Assembly (NCBI GenBank): GCA_013265495.1
Contig: MU058456.1
Coordinates: 620,001-684,000 of the forward strand
Reading direction: 5' to 3'
Length of the DNA: 64,000 nucleotides
Source: Vicugna vicugna
Taxonomy: Eukaryota
How positions within the stretch are numbered: position 1 is the first letter of the stretch; every line of letters starts with the position of its first letter. Positions 50,590-63,150 of this stretch are shown here, in pieces. The position numbers were made by a program, and so were the translations under genes. The notes beneath the pieces were generated by a model. The model had not been told where the DNA came from, made no database searches, and was given only the letters and a program-made list of their open reading frames with translations.

Positions 50590-52920
50590 TTGGAGTCTTT
50601 TTCTATTGATTCTTGCATTTTACATATTAGGAACATCATAATTCAGTTTGTTGCTGTAATATTTATGACATCATTGAGAAGGCTTAAATTTTAATACAGC
50701 CCAGCTTATCAGTCTTTTTATAGGACTTTTGCTTTTCGTATGTATTTAAGAAATATGTTCTTATTCATAGGTCACAGAAATTTCTTTATTTTTTTTCTTC
50801 TAAAATTTTTAAAGTTTGTGTTTTGACATTAAGTTTCTCATTCATCTGGGTTTTTTTTTTTCCTTAGTGTGGTATGTGTTGTGGATTAAATATATTTTTC
50901 CAGGTGGAAAGTGAATTTTCATCACACTGAATTAGTGTATGTTCATGCTTGTTATTTTATCTCTCTCTCTTTTTTTTTTTTTAACCATTTTCCCATCTGT
51001 GTAAGGGTTTGTTTTTGAGTTTTCCCATTGCCCCAGTCTGTTTATTCTCTAGTAATACTGCATGATTTTAATCACTACAGTTTTATAATAAATCTTGACT
51101 TCTGTAGGGCAAGTCCCCTGTTCTTCTATTCAAAATTGATTTGTATATTTTTGGCTATTTAGGATTCTAAATGAATTTTAGAATTCATTTGTCTAACTCC
51201 ACCAAAACAAATATACTTAGAATTTTGATTAGAAATCCAATGGCTCTCTAAATTAATATGGGGTGTATTTGAGTCTTCCCATCTGTATATGGTATATTCT
51301 CCTATAATTCTGGTGTTCATTTGTGCCTATCAAAGTATTTTACAACTTTCACTATATAGATCTTGTTCATCCTTTTTTATACAGTGTTTTCTGTACATTT
51401 ATTCTTATTTAAAATTGACTTATAACATTACATTAGTTTAAGTTGTACAGCATAATGATTTGATATATGTATATACTGTAAAATATTTATCATAAAAAGT
51501 TTAGTTAACATTCTTCACCTCACATGGTTAAAAAAATTTTTTTCCTGTGATGGGAACTTTTAAGATTTAACGTCTTCACCATTTTCAAATATACAACACA
51601 GCATTGTTAACTATACATTAGAGCTGTATATTACTTCCCCTGGACTGACTTATAAGTGGGAATTTGTGCCTCTGACCACCTTTACCCATTTTGCCCACCC
51701 CTTTACCCTCCATCTTTGGCAACCACCAATCTGTTCTATTTCTGAGTTAAGTTTTTTAGATTCCACACAGAAGTGAGATTATACAGTATTTGTCTTTCTC
51801 TGTCTGACTTATTTCACTTAACATAATGCCTTCAGGGTCCAGTCATGTTGTCTCAAATGGTAAAATTTCTTTCTTTTTTATGGTTGAATAGTATTCCATC
51901 ATAGGTATATGCTACATTTTCTTTATTCGTTCATCCATCATTGGACACTTGGGTTGTTTCCATGGCTTCGCTGTTTACAATAATGCTGCAATGAACATGG
52001 AAGTGCAGATACTTCTATGCGACAGTAATTTTTGTGGCCTGTGGGTATGTACCCAGGAGTGGAATTGATGATATAGTAGTTCTATTTTTAGTTTTTTGAG
52101 AATCCTTCATACCGTTTTCCATGGTGGCTGTGCCAATATATATTCCCACCAGCAGTACAAAAGGGTTTCCTTTTTCCCACATCCTGACAAACTTTATCTC
52201 TTGTCTTGTTGTTAATAGCCATTGTAGCAAGTGTAAGATAGTATCTTGTGGTTTTGATTTGCATTTCCCTGATGACTGGTGATGTTGAGCACCTTTCCGT
52301 GTACCTCTTGGCCACTGTATGCTTGTTCATCTTTGTACAGGTGTATTCCCAGATACCTTATGATTTTTGCAGCTATTGTGAATTGTATCTTTTTTCCTTT
52401 TGTTTTCTAATTGGTCGTTGCTGGTATATACAAATACTGTTATTTTTGTACTTTGATTTGATATCTAAATTCTCTTTTGAAAAAAAAAACAAAATAAAAT
52501 CCCTTTTGAGCTCTTTTAATCATTCAAAAAATGTCTACAGAATCTCATGTTATTTCAGTAGAGACATTCTATCAGCTGCAAATACAATAATAGCCTTACA
52601 ATTACTTGCTGCTTCTTTTTCTTTTCTTACTGCCTTGGTGAGGGCTTCTGGGACATTGTCAAATCATGGCAGAATCATAACAATTCTTACCTTGTTTCTG
52701 TGCAGCTGGAGACTTACATTCTTCTTTCTCATCGTCTCTGATCTGTCCTTCTGTAAACCCTGTTAGATATGAAACATTAAAATTTCTTATTCTGCCCTCT
52801 ATATTGGCAATTACATTTCTCCTTGTTGGTATTTTGGTAGTCCTTAAAACTGTGCTATATTTAAGCACCAGAATCATGGAATTGATATTGGTATAATATC
52901 TTTATTTAAGATATAGGTTA
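50590..52920 (-). mobile_element. Old L1ME-type ORF2 fragment, antisense, split by a younger L1
   Basis: catgattttaatcactacagttttataataaatcttga, atgaattttagaattcatttgtc, agatcttgttcatc|tttgtacaggtgtattcccagatacctt. Confidence 0.7.
51373..52321 (-). mobile_element. L1MA-type (L1MA9-like) 3' end with frameshifted ORF2 C-terminus and TSD
   Basis: ORF track gives AKRYTERCSTSPVIREMQIKTTRY..LT and IPLLGTYP, matching L1 ORF2 C-terminal motifs; 3'UTR ttagattccacacagaagtgagattatacagtatttgtctttct; TSD cttgttcatc at 51362-51371 and 52322-52331. Confidence 0.9.
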
Positions 52921-53624
52921 GCAGCTTCATTGATTTTTGGTTCTCTCTCCAACCTCAACTCTCTTGCCCTTACTTCCCTCCCCAGTCTCCCAAAGCCCAT
53001 GCCTTGCCCATACACCCTCCTCCTCCACCAACAATATGACCACATTGGAGAGCTCTCTCTTAGCTAACTATTAAATGCATTGGCATCTTTAGACTGTATA
53101 ACAGTTTTCCAAGGGGTATCTTTATCTTACTAACTATTTTTATCAGATTCAAAGATATTTGGAAAGCAGTGATACTAAAGAATGAATTAAATGCAGCCGC
53201 CAGTTTTGAGGAAGCCAGGTGAAAGCTGGTCACTGAGTGCAGTGTCGCATGAAATGAGTGATTTAAGGACATGTAGAAGGACGTCTAATGGGCACCACAC
53301 AGCCCTTGAGCACCTCACACTCCTCAGAGTGAGTGGCAGCAGCGGCGGCAGGAAGAGGGCTGTGCTGCATGAGGGCTCTTTCTCCTGGAAGCCAGGACAT
53401 GACTAAGACTGTAAGTCACTGGTTTATGGCTCTCTTAGAATTGTGCTTTTAATGGAACAGTAAGGTTTTGGTTTTAGTATGTATTTGCATGTCCTTTACA
53501 AAACATCTCAGAGTACTTGAAGTCACTGAACTTAAAAAGCCAAATGGATAAATCAGTGCTACCTTAAACAAATGATTGAATATATTACATTACTGATCAA
53601 TTACGACCAGTGAGAGTTCTTTGG

Positions 53625-53873
53625 GGCAGTGGTTGAAGGCAGGAACTCTGTGGTTAATCTGCCTAGATTTGAATCCCAATTCCACTTCTTACCTGCTCTG
53701 TGGTATCAGCCACATTTTAAACCTCTGTATACCTTTATTTTCTCATCTGTAAAATGGGGAGAGTAAAAGTGCCCGTTTCATAAAGCCATTAGGATGATTA
53801 AAGTAGTTAATGCATGTAAGACACAGTAAGAGCTTGGTCACAGTAAGTGGTGTATATATAACTGATAACTATT
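53625..53873 (+). mobile_element. MIR SINE, full length
   Basis: gcagtggttgaagg..ctgcctagatttgaatcccaattccac..tttctcatctgtaaaatgggg..gatgattaaa..taatgcatgtaag..cacagtaagtg. Confidence 0.85.
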
Positions 53874-54869
53874 TAAAAACTCATATTCACAAGAATGTTT
53901 AGTCTCCTCTAAAGAACTTAAAGTTTGATTGAGACAGTAAAATACGCTACCCTGGTCTTTACTATTGCACAAGAAGAGAGGTTCACATTTAGAGAGGTGT
54001 AGCTCAGAGTCGTGAAATACCCCTGTTCGTCTTGGAGTGCTTCAGGACTAGGTATTCCTTCCAGATTAAGTATTAAGGAGTTAAAGACAAAAGTCTTACA
54101 ATGTTTCTTTAAATATCTGTTTCAGCTGCATAAGATTAGCACATTTTTCTTGGCAAGGAACACCGTTTCCTTTTTTTTTGCTGGAGTAGTTTTTCGTCAG
54201 CAGCCTTTCTTGTTTTTCTTCCCAAACACTTCCCCTGCTTCTGTCTTTCTGTCATCTGCCCTCATTCTATTCCCCGCGCTTCAGCACTTTCCTCCCACCA
54301 CTTCCCATCCTCTAACTTAAAAAAAAAAAAAAAAACTTTGTTCATTGATTGTTGAGTGTGTTTCCTTCCTATTTTGCATTCCCCTGGGCGCCTGGGACAA
54401 TCAGAGTGGAAGTGCACTGACAGCATGGGAAAGTCACCGTGTCACCGTGGATGGACAGCTCTTCTATAATGCAGTCAGGATACACGACTGGGGGTAGGGG
54501 GACGAGAAGCAGTGCTTGGGTCTACTCAGAGGCAGGAGATGAAGCCATCTGCTTCCAGTCTGTAGTCACTGCTCAGTTATTTTCTAAGAGGTTAGCCGAG
54601 GATTTGCCTTGTAATTGAGTAACTGGAGGTACCCATTGCAAGCTTTTGCTGCATGTGATTTATGAGCAGATGGGGAATTTGAATCATTGGTGATCCCCAC
54701 AAAGCCTAGAATCCCAGGTCTAGGCTCTATTGCTGTGTACATTCGCCAGTGTAGAAAATGCACCACAAACCCCTCACAAAATCAATTACGTAGAGTTTAA
54801 ACTAGAAGTGAAGGGGGTCAATGTTAGAGGTACTATAAAAAGTGGTTCCCAAAGCCATCTGGGTACCAT

Positions 54870-55050
54870 TAATAACCAACATTTATTGCGTGTTTTCCCA
54901 TTCCACGCATGGGCTGAATATGATATATGCATTATTTGACCTCACAACCCTGTGGAGGCAGCTGTTACCCCATTTCACAGATGCAGACATCTGTGGGTCT
55001 TGGGGACCATTTCCACCATGATCAAGTGCCTTCCACACGTGCTGTGTGTA
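54870..55050 (-). mobile_element. MIR SINE
   Basis: aataaccaacatttattgcgtg..cctcacaaccctgtggaggcag..ccccatttcacagatg. Confidence 0.7.
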
Positions 55051-56279
55051 TCCCATGGGGCAAAGCCTAGCAAGTGGAACCACTAGGAAAAATCAGAATG
55101 CATTTTTTAATGTTCTCCAAATAAAGCGGGCTTTGGTTAAAGAGCAGAGAATGGAATTATAGCCGTGTGACCTAAACAGGAGGGTCCCTTTTTCTTGTAC
55201 CTTGAAAAAAAAAAAAAGTTCATGCTCTCTAAGCATCCAAGGCCTTATTAATGAGAGGAAGTGAAAAGACAACCTTTCATCCATATACCCCACCCAAGAA
55301 TTTATGGCAATTACTCACTCTTAGGGTAAAAACAAACAAAAAAAACCCTTCATGTTGTCATTGTATGACAGGGTGGCAGTGTTATATCAGGTGTTTGGTG
55401 TTGTAGTTAGGACTGGCTGTATGTGTAGGCCCTTACTCTGCTCCACATGTGAATCTGTGTGATAAGCAGCTACAAGATGAGAGAGAGGTCACTTAGACAG
55501 CAGCCTGCCCACATCTGCAGAGCCAGGCTGCTTCCCCCTTCCTGGGCCCCTGACTGGTCTCCCCACGGCTGCTCAAACAGATGAAACAAATCAAAACAGC
55601 TCTGAGAAGTCGAGTGCATCCCCCTGCTTAATTTAAACCCCAATCAAGTCTAATTATCAGAGCCATATTACTTGCCAGCAATAATTTGCTTTGGGTACAA
55701 CTCAGAGCTACGTTGAAAATTTTATTTTGCCTTCAGAAAATTGGTTTACCTTTAAATTTCCCCCCCAGATTTCCCTGTGGAAAATTGGTTCTCTTAATTT
55801 AGGTATCTTGTAATATTTCTCATTAAAAAAAAAAGTGTGGCATGTGATATCATTAAATTTTTTTCTAAATTGAAGTGACTTAAATGGGTTGACATATGTG
55901 CTGCCGTATAATTGTGCTGTGTTTTTGGAGCTCAAGTCAGTAATTACATCCATAAACTTATTGTCTCTGGTAAAATATGTTAACTGGTCTTTGACACAAA
56001 ATTCATTAATTTGAATCAATATGTAAGGTTCTGAAATGCTCTAACAAAGCATCATTGACTGATGGGTATAATATAGTCTAAGACCCAAACATTTTTCTAT
56101 GAACAGCAGTAAATGTAAACATTTTCTAAATAGCAAGTCAGTACTGTGACTCCTGAAGTTCAGACAGTATAAAGCCTACAAGAAATCTGAACTATGGCAT
56201 GATCCCAGTAATTGACTTCACTCATTTTTAAAACAGGGTATCATGGATATTTCTGATCTTTATAATGTGGAGCTAACCT

Positions 56280-56420
56280 TTGGAGAGGACCTTGGAATGT
56301 CGTGGAATTCCAACCATCAGGTGGATCATGTGTAGTTACGGATGTGGATGCTGAGGTCCAGGAAGCCGAGGGCCTGCGACTGGCTTCCCTCACCCAGTGC
56401 CGGCAGGGAGGGGACTGGCC
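56280..56420 (-). mobile_element. MIR3/MIRc-type fragment
   Basis: tggagaggaccttgga..ttacggatgtggatgctgaggtccagga..gactggc. Confidence 0.45.
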
Positions 56421-57022
56421 CCCAGGCTTTCTCCCACTGCGCCCCAGGGAGTGCCCCAGCTAACAGATTAGATGCAGACTAGCTTTTCTACTTTCCCAGT
56501 GTTGAATAACTTTAAAAGGCAAATTGGAGTGTGCCAGGGTTGGGAAGTAAATTTGAATTCAAAGTAAGAATTTCATCAAGAATCCAATCCCAGGGTTTTC
56601 TTTTGACTTGAGACTGCAGACCTACCAAAATGACATTAATGTGAAACCCTGACAAAAGAAAAAGCCCCGTCATTAGATACGCAGCACTTCACAGATAATA
56701 TCTAGTTCACCCTTTCAGCATTTCTGGGAAGCGAGAGCCAGGGAAGAAAAGTAGTACGTGGCTTCTCTGCTCAGACTGTTTGCCTCTCTTCCCCTTGAAC
56801 ACATAGGTGTGTTCACAGAGCTTCAGTGCTGATGCACATCCCGGATTCAGTGCAGCCAGGGCCATTCTGAAGGTGGAACGGCACATGCTGTTGAAGAAAC
56901 TCAGACTGGGCGAGGAGACGGAGCGAAAAGGGAAGCAGCCTGTATGGTTGCTGCTGTTAACTTTTGCTCAGTGATGGAGTGGGTACCTTTTATCATTCCT
57001 TTGACCTCCAAATCACTTTGCA

Positions 57023-57160
57023 CCTTTCCTTCACACCCTCCTTCCCCACCCACCCACCCCTCCCTCCTCTCCCCACTTCTCTTCCTCTCTTTTCCCCTCT
57101 CTCTCTTCCTCCCCACCCTCCCTCCTCCTTTCTCTCATCCTCTCTCCCTCTCTTTCCTCC
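57023..57160. repeat. CT-rich polypyrimidine low-complexity tract
   Basis: About 135 nt, almost entirely C/T. Confidence 0.9.
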
Positions 57161-57564
57161 ACTGGGACCTGCATCCCTAGCTTCTGGGTGTCTGGTTGGG
57201 TGTGGCCCAGTGGGGAGCAGGTGATCTGAGGCGGGGGAGGAGAGAGACTGGAGAAGGTGATGGAAGCCATTGTTCTCTGGCTCCACCCGGGGCACCGGCC
57301 CAGGCTGGCTGTGTGATCTTTTGACATCGACTCTGCACACCCAGCTCTGTTTTGGGTTCTGGAAGCAGCTCCCTCCCTTTTGTCCCTTCTGGCCTAAGGG
57401 TGGTGAAGGAGCCCTACTCCTAAGTAATTCCTTTATCAAAGTTTTCTCAAACCACCCAATCTGAGGGTACTCTCTGATTCCTGCAGGAACCCTGACCAAA
57501 ACATGGGGTGTGGATGAGCTGGGGCATCATATATAAATACATTTGCTTCATTTATTGGTTTGTT

Positions 57565-58050
57565 AACTATTTATCCAGCATCCATCAAGTACCAGAACAA
57601 CTTAGACAAAGCTCCTGGCCTTGTGGAGCTTAGTTTTAAAAAAAGACAAACACACGCACCTACAATGTAATGTCAGGCAGTAGTAACTTGGGAAGTAAAG
57701 GAGGACAAAGGGGAAAGGGCGTGATGGGGGTTCCTCTTAGGGGAGGGGACCCGTGAGGTTTCCTGAATGGAGTGAATAGGCATACTTTGCAAAAATACTA
57801 AAAAGGAGTTCTTTCTAGTGAAGGGAACCTCAGGGACTCTGAGTTGGGAGAGTCCTTGAAGGGCTCCAGGAACAGCGGGAAGACCAGCATGGCTGGAGTG
57901 AGTCGGGGGAGCAGTCCGAACTCAGAAAAGGAGCAGGGCTGGGTTGCCTGAGGCTTTGCTGGACCTGGAAGGACTTCAGGGGAGTGGAAGGGAAGGGGAC
58001 TAGAGAGTTTGGAGAAGTGACGCTATTAGGGTGGCTTTGTCTGCTGCTGG
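57565..58050 (-). mobile_element. L2 fragment
   Basis: tatttatccagcatc..ctcctggccttgtggagcttag..ccaggaacagcgggaagaccagcatggctggagtg. Confidence 0.7.
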
Positions 58051-58111
58051 AAGGACAAAAGTAGTGGAATAGGGATGTGAGCCCAGCACTAGAGTCTGGG
58101 CGACTTGAGGC

Positions 58112-58330
58112 TGTTATCAGTTAAACTGTGTCTCCCCGCAAGCGTGCTGGCCTCCTGGCCCCTCTGCTGTGGCACGCGTGCTTATTGAGGCGAGGTCTTC
58201 CAGAGGTAATCAAACTGAAAGGAAGTTTTTACGGTGGCCCCTAATCCAGTAAAACTGATGTCCTTTTAAATAAGGGGACATTTGGACTCAGAAGGAGACT
58301 GGCAGAGGAAAGATGATGTTAAGAGACCCA
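58112..58330 (+). mobile_element. MaLR LTR 5' half (MLT1B/C-type)
   Basis: tgttatcagttaaactgtgtctcccc..ggtcttccagaggtaatcaa..gtggcccctaatccagt..actgatgtcctt..ggggacatttggac. Confidence 0.75.
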
Positions 58331-60724
58331 GCTGGGATAGGGTGTGTTGCCTGTAGTGCTGGCTAGTGTTGTTTCATGATGTAAAACATGCTTCTCACTG
58401 AGCATCACAGTGAGAAGTTAGAAGACCGCTGTCGCAGCGTTTGCTTTCACAGGTGGGAGTGTCCCTTCTCCTGCCCCATTTTGGTGACTCTTCTCTTGAG
58501 CCAAGTTGAAAAACCTGGATTTGAAAGGAGACAAGAAAAAATGATGTACTTTCATCTTTACAAGGTTATGAATTATGGAGGTTTTCATAAATTACTGTAG
58601 GATTAGTTCCACAGGCTTTAGAATCCTATGATGCCATGGTTGGATATGTGTTTAGCTTCTAAATGGTACATTTCTTCCCCATTCATTTGGGTTTCTGATC
58701 CCTTTTTTGATACACCTGGTAATGGCTAAATCTCCCCAGCTTGTGAATTCTTCCAGTCGATTTATTTTCATGGAGTTTTTTGACTTCACATGGTCCTAGA
58801 TTGCCTTATTGATGTGCAGGGGTTCCTTTATCAGAGCCTGTTTGCAATAGCTTTGTTGTATATACTTAATTATAGTGTTGAATGAGAGCTTCAGTTGTGG
58901 GAGGACTATATTTAACACATACGAAGGGATGTCTCAGAGTTGGGAGAAAAAGTTTATTCTTACCTGAGAATGCATGTGCTTCTTAGAATTACACCTGTTT
59001 TGAATGGACTTTTAAGAAGTCCTTCTGGAGCCCTTGAGACAATTATGTGATTTTCTATTTTTTTTCTCCCTTATATTAAAATATCTAGGCTGGAAATATC
59101 TAGTGGTAGTTTTGGGGTTTTTTTTTCCAAAAATAATGGGAATAATGCCAAGCATTAGTTTTAAATTTTCCTTGTGGCTCTAATTTTGAAATAGAGTAAC
59201 TTAAACATGATTTAAAGAGTTAGATACTTAAATAATCTGATGTCAGCCACAAAATTCATTGGGCACCCATTATTTCACACCTGATATACTGTTTTCCATA
59301 GAGCATCCTTGTCAATATGTTTATGAAATGCAAATTAGGCTAAAGTACTACGCTATCAGATCTGTAATGTTTAGGGAACAATAATTTTTTTAAAAAGTAT
59401 GATCTGCGGTGTTAAGGGATGTTTATAACTTCTAAAATGACTTACTTAACAGAAGAAGACTTGATGAAAGCACTTAGCATGGAGATGAAATATGTCTCAT
59501 TAAGTTTCCAGATTATGCACATGTCAACACTTCTTTTGTCATCTTTCAATAGTTATTTACATAACCGAGGGCTGCTACTTTTATTAGTGGTGGTTATCAC
59601 AACAAAATGTTTCTGGTAAGTTGACCTAAGCAATGTAATGTGCTTCTGTTTGCACAAAACTAACGGTGAGGAATCCAGCCCTCCTCCCCTCCCCTTGCAG
59701 TGAAGAAGCCCTATTTACATATGTAAATAAGCCATTCAGTTGAGAGCCATGTGGGGCCCACCTAGGTCCAGTCTGTTATTGTGCTGATGTTGGTGGCATT
59801 AGCCTGGAGGTAAATGGTACCAGGAGACTGATGTCTCAGTCTGGAAAGACATATACCAGCTGCTGAAGGCTGTTGTTTAGGAGAAGAAATGAATTCTTGG
59901 GACTAAAAATTTGGGGGAAAAAAATGAAGTCACAAATTTTGTCTTTAATGTTGGCCCGAGTGGTAGAATTTAGTGTTTTTCTTGAACATGGAAAGGATAT
60001 TGGTTTCCTGCAATGCCAATTATGAGAGCCCTGTTTTGCTTTTTCAAGAATGTAAAATATTTCACAATTGAACTGATAGAGCCGACTCTGCTCAGAAATG
60101 CAATATGTGCACCTTCCCTGGCAGTGTGAGGGAATCAGCCGGCAATAAAAGAGGAAAGCTTTTAAATTAAGGTCTTCCTGATGTGAAGAAGGGGACATGT
60201 CCAGTTTCTAATGACTTAAATTCTCAAAAGTTCCTAATTAGTATCTAGTTAAGTACACCTTTCTACAAAGCCTCAGTAAGTCTAGAATAGCAAGCCACAG
60301 ACCATTACCAACTGTTTTTTTCAACAGTAGGATACAATGTGACTGTTTTTGAAAATTAAGATCTGTTTAAGTCATGAATCATATGGCAAAAAACTTGCTT
60401 GTGAGCTGTTCAGAATTCCTTTATTTCTTCTTCATATGCAATTCATTAAAATGACATTCATCCTCCTCCTCCGGCTGTTCTTTGGTTTCTATTAAGATGT
60501 ATTACTGGAATCTGTGTAAATATATTGACTATCTCACAGACCTGTTTGTTCATCTGAAGCAGACTGTTGTTAGAGTCATTGTACTTGGTAATAAATGGGA
60601 CAAAATGGAGATTAGGTTTTAAAAACCCACCTGCCCCCTCCATTCCCATTGAAGGATGTGCTTGCTCTCTTTAAACCAGCCTTTCACAAACTGGGAGCTG
60701 AAGATTGAGATTTAATATCAACAT

Positions 60725-60738
60725 CTGCCCCCTGCTGA
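60725..60738 (-). promoter_or_regulatory. CTCF binding motif
   Basis: ctgccccctgctga reads TCAGCAGGGGGCAG on the minus strand. Confidence 0.5.
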
Positions 60739-62774
60739 GTTCATGGTGCAATTAGCTAATTAAAAAAAATAACATTTTCACCTTGGATTCAGAAGAAGAG
60801 CAATAAACCACAGGCTGAGAATTTAGTTAATTTGCACATTGACTGTAATTGTGTATTTAATGCCAAGATTAATTTTTTTTTCCTGATGAGTGGGAGCCTG
60901 GCACTGTGCTTTGGAACTCTTAAATGAGTTGTAATCATTCCGTGGGGAGGTTGATAAGGGCAGGTAGTTCTCCAGATATATTAATGAGGATAATTGTTTA
61001 TTTACCTCTGATAACTCTTTTAAGGAGAAAAAAGCATTTAAATCACTTTCTGATAAACCATTAAATTTAAAGGCTACTTTTCAAATACCGCTAAATAAAT
61101 CTTTAAAAAATATATATTTCTCATAGAAAAACTGTTGATTCTATTGAATGGAAAGTCCTACTCTGTTTTTTGTTTGTTTTTGTTTCACCAAATATTCAGT
61201 GAATTAATGAGCATTATTTTTGCTGTGAAAGCTTTGGTACATTTTCTAGGTCAACTGAGCTTTAAAACTATTTCCTTCCATTTTTTTCAGAAGAGGGTAG
61301 GCAAAGTATGCATGTTGGCAGGGCAGTTAGTAGGAAAAACATAATCCTGACTTGCAATCTGCTGCTTGTGACATTTCCTTTTTGAAAGGTAAGCGTTATA
61401 CTTTGGATACCGAAGCAGTGATTGTTGGCAATTCAAGTGGGTGTGATTGATCCATGTCTTAAAAGTAATGGAGCTGTTATTCTTAGAGAAAAAAGAAAAG
61501 AATTCTTAAGTATTGTAATACAGACATCGCATTTTTACCCAGGTAGCAGGTTTTTCCCTCTCCTCTGTGAGCAAATGCTAACGCTCATCTGAGGGATATT
61601 TTGCTCCCTGTGTAGACGCCCACTTGGACCAGGGGCTTTACACTCAGGGGTTTTCTGAGACCATCTCTCTGTTGCTTTTATCTCCCTGACCCTGAAGTTG
61701 ATGCTGACAGTGGGCAGTGCTTGCTTCTTAAATTCTTGTTTACTTTTGCCCAACTTTGAGAGATGGAGAAGTGAAACGCTGTACCATTTGTGGGGAGATG
61801 CTATTCCAAACTTTCCCTTTAAAATATAGTACTTTAGGGTTTTTTGGTGTCTGTTTGACATGGAATGAGTGATGGAGAGGTGTTCAGTCTTTCTATGTGA
61901 TCCATTTGTCCTATATGTATACGACAGCTGGTGTAAGAAAGCCCACCCTTTTATACCATTTAGATTATAAATGTAATGTTGAGCCAATAAAATTTAATCA
62001 CATTCAGGGGCAGAGTTTTTGGTGGGTGCCCGACACCAGGAATTCTGCCAGAATGACCGAGAGAGGAGAGGCTAAGGCGGGAGAATTTTCATGGTTTTGA
62101 GAAACACTGTGATTTCCATATCTTTTTGGAGATACCCAAATAGGTGGCAAGTCTAAGAATGCCCCTTAATACTTTCTGTTATTCTAGGAAGATTGACTTC
62201 ATACTCAGGGAAATCATGCTCCAGTTTTCCTTAGTATCCTTGAAATATAATTAGAGACAATATCAGGTAAGAGAAAAATACAGGTTTGAAGGGGAATGTG
62301 ATACCGTGAGATGTTTATCACACATGCGCGTATGTATATGTACATATACACAAGGCTCTTTTTAACAAAATGACTTGCACGTGGCATGTGCTTTGTGGGG
62401 AAAAAATGTGTCGTGTTTTTATTGTTGGATTTTAGCTAAAACAGACAAGTCCAGTGCCGTTAAACACTGTCCCTCTCCCTTTTCTGACCATGTTCCCATC
62501 ATCCCATGACCCCTCTGTCTGCTCCCACCTCGTTCATCCCCATCTTCCATCCCCTGTCAGGAAGGGCAGCCTCCGAAGAGCCATTTCAACTCAGCCCGAC
62601 ATCGCCAGAGACTAGTGGACCCAGCTGCTTCAAAAGTGAGTGTGTCCTGTCGCATGGTGCATGGCGGTGTGGTCCCTCTGCGGAGAATAGGGTGGTGGGG
62701 GATTACTTATGCTTGTATACTTGAAGGCCTGAGAGGTGGCAAAGTCTTCTCTGTTAATTCAAGATCACTTGTAG

Positions 62775-63150
62775 CAAGGGAGTTCCTGTGTTGAACAACT
62801 AGACTTGGAAACAAGCAAAACCCTGATCAGTAGCATCTGCTGGTTTCTGTGGTGTCAGTGCTCCCACCACTGCCAGTTTCAAGTACCAGTGTGGCAAAAG
62901 TGACCTCAGACCCGGGAAGAGATGCCCAGTGAAGCTCTATTATGTACAGATACAACTGACAAATATCCTAGTAAAGTATAGCAAAATAATTAGGAAGTGA
63001 ATCAATTTTGAGTATCTCTTACCTTTGTTTTCAGTATATTTCATTGGAAGTTTAGGTATTTTTTAATCGGCAATAAGGGTTGTATTTAACAACTGGATTA
63101 TAAAATTCCTGAAAGCTTATTGAGCTGGTGTGGGTGGGCTCCAGTATAGG
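62775..63150 (+). mobile_element. MER63-family hAT-Blackjack MITE (MER63B-like)
   Basis: aaaccctgat..tttctgtggtgtc..ctcccacca..tttcaag..gggaagagatgc..aaaataattaggaagtga..ttacctttgtttt..tttaacaactgg..aaaattcctgaaa..ggctccag. Confidence 0.8.

Noticed and set aside
52015..52330. Functional CDS
   Set aside because: Frameshifted L1 ORF2 C-terminal remnant
56901..57499. G/R/E-rich and P/L/S-rich ORFs
   Set aside because: Translations of the low-complexity CT tract
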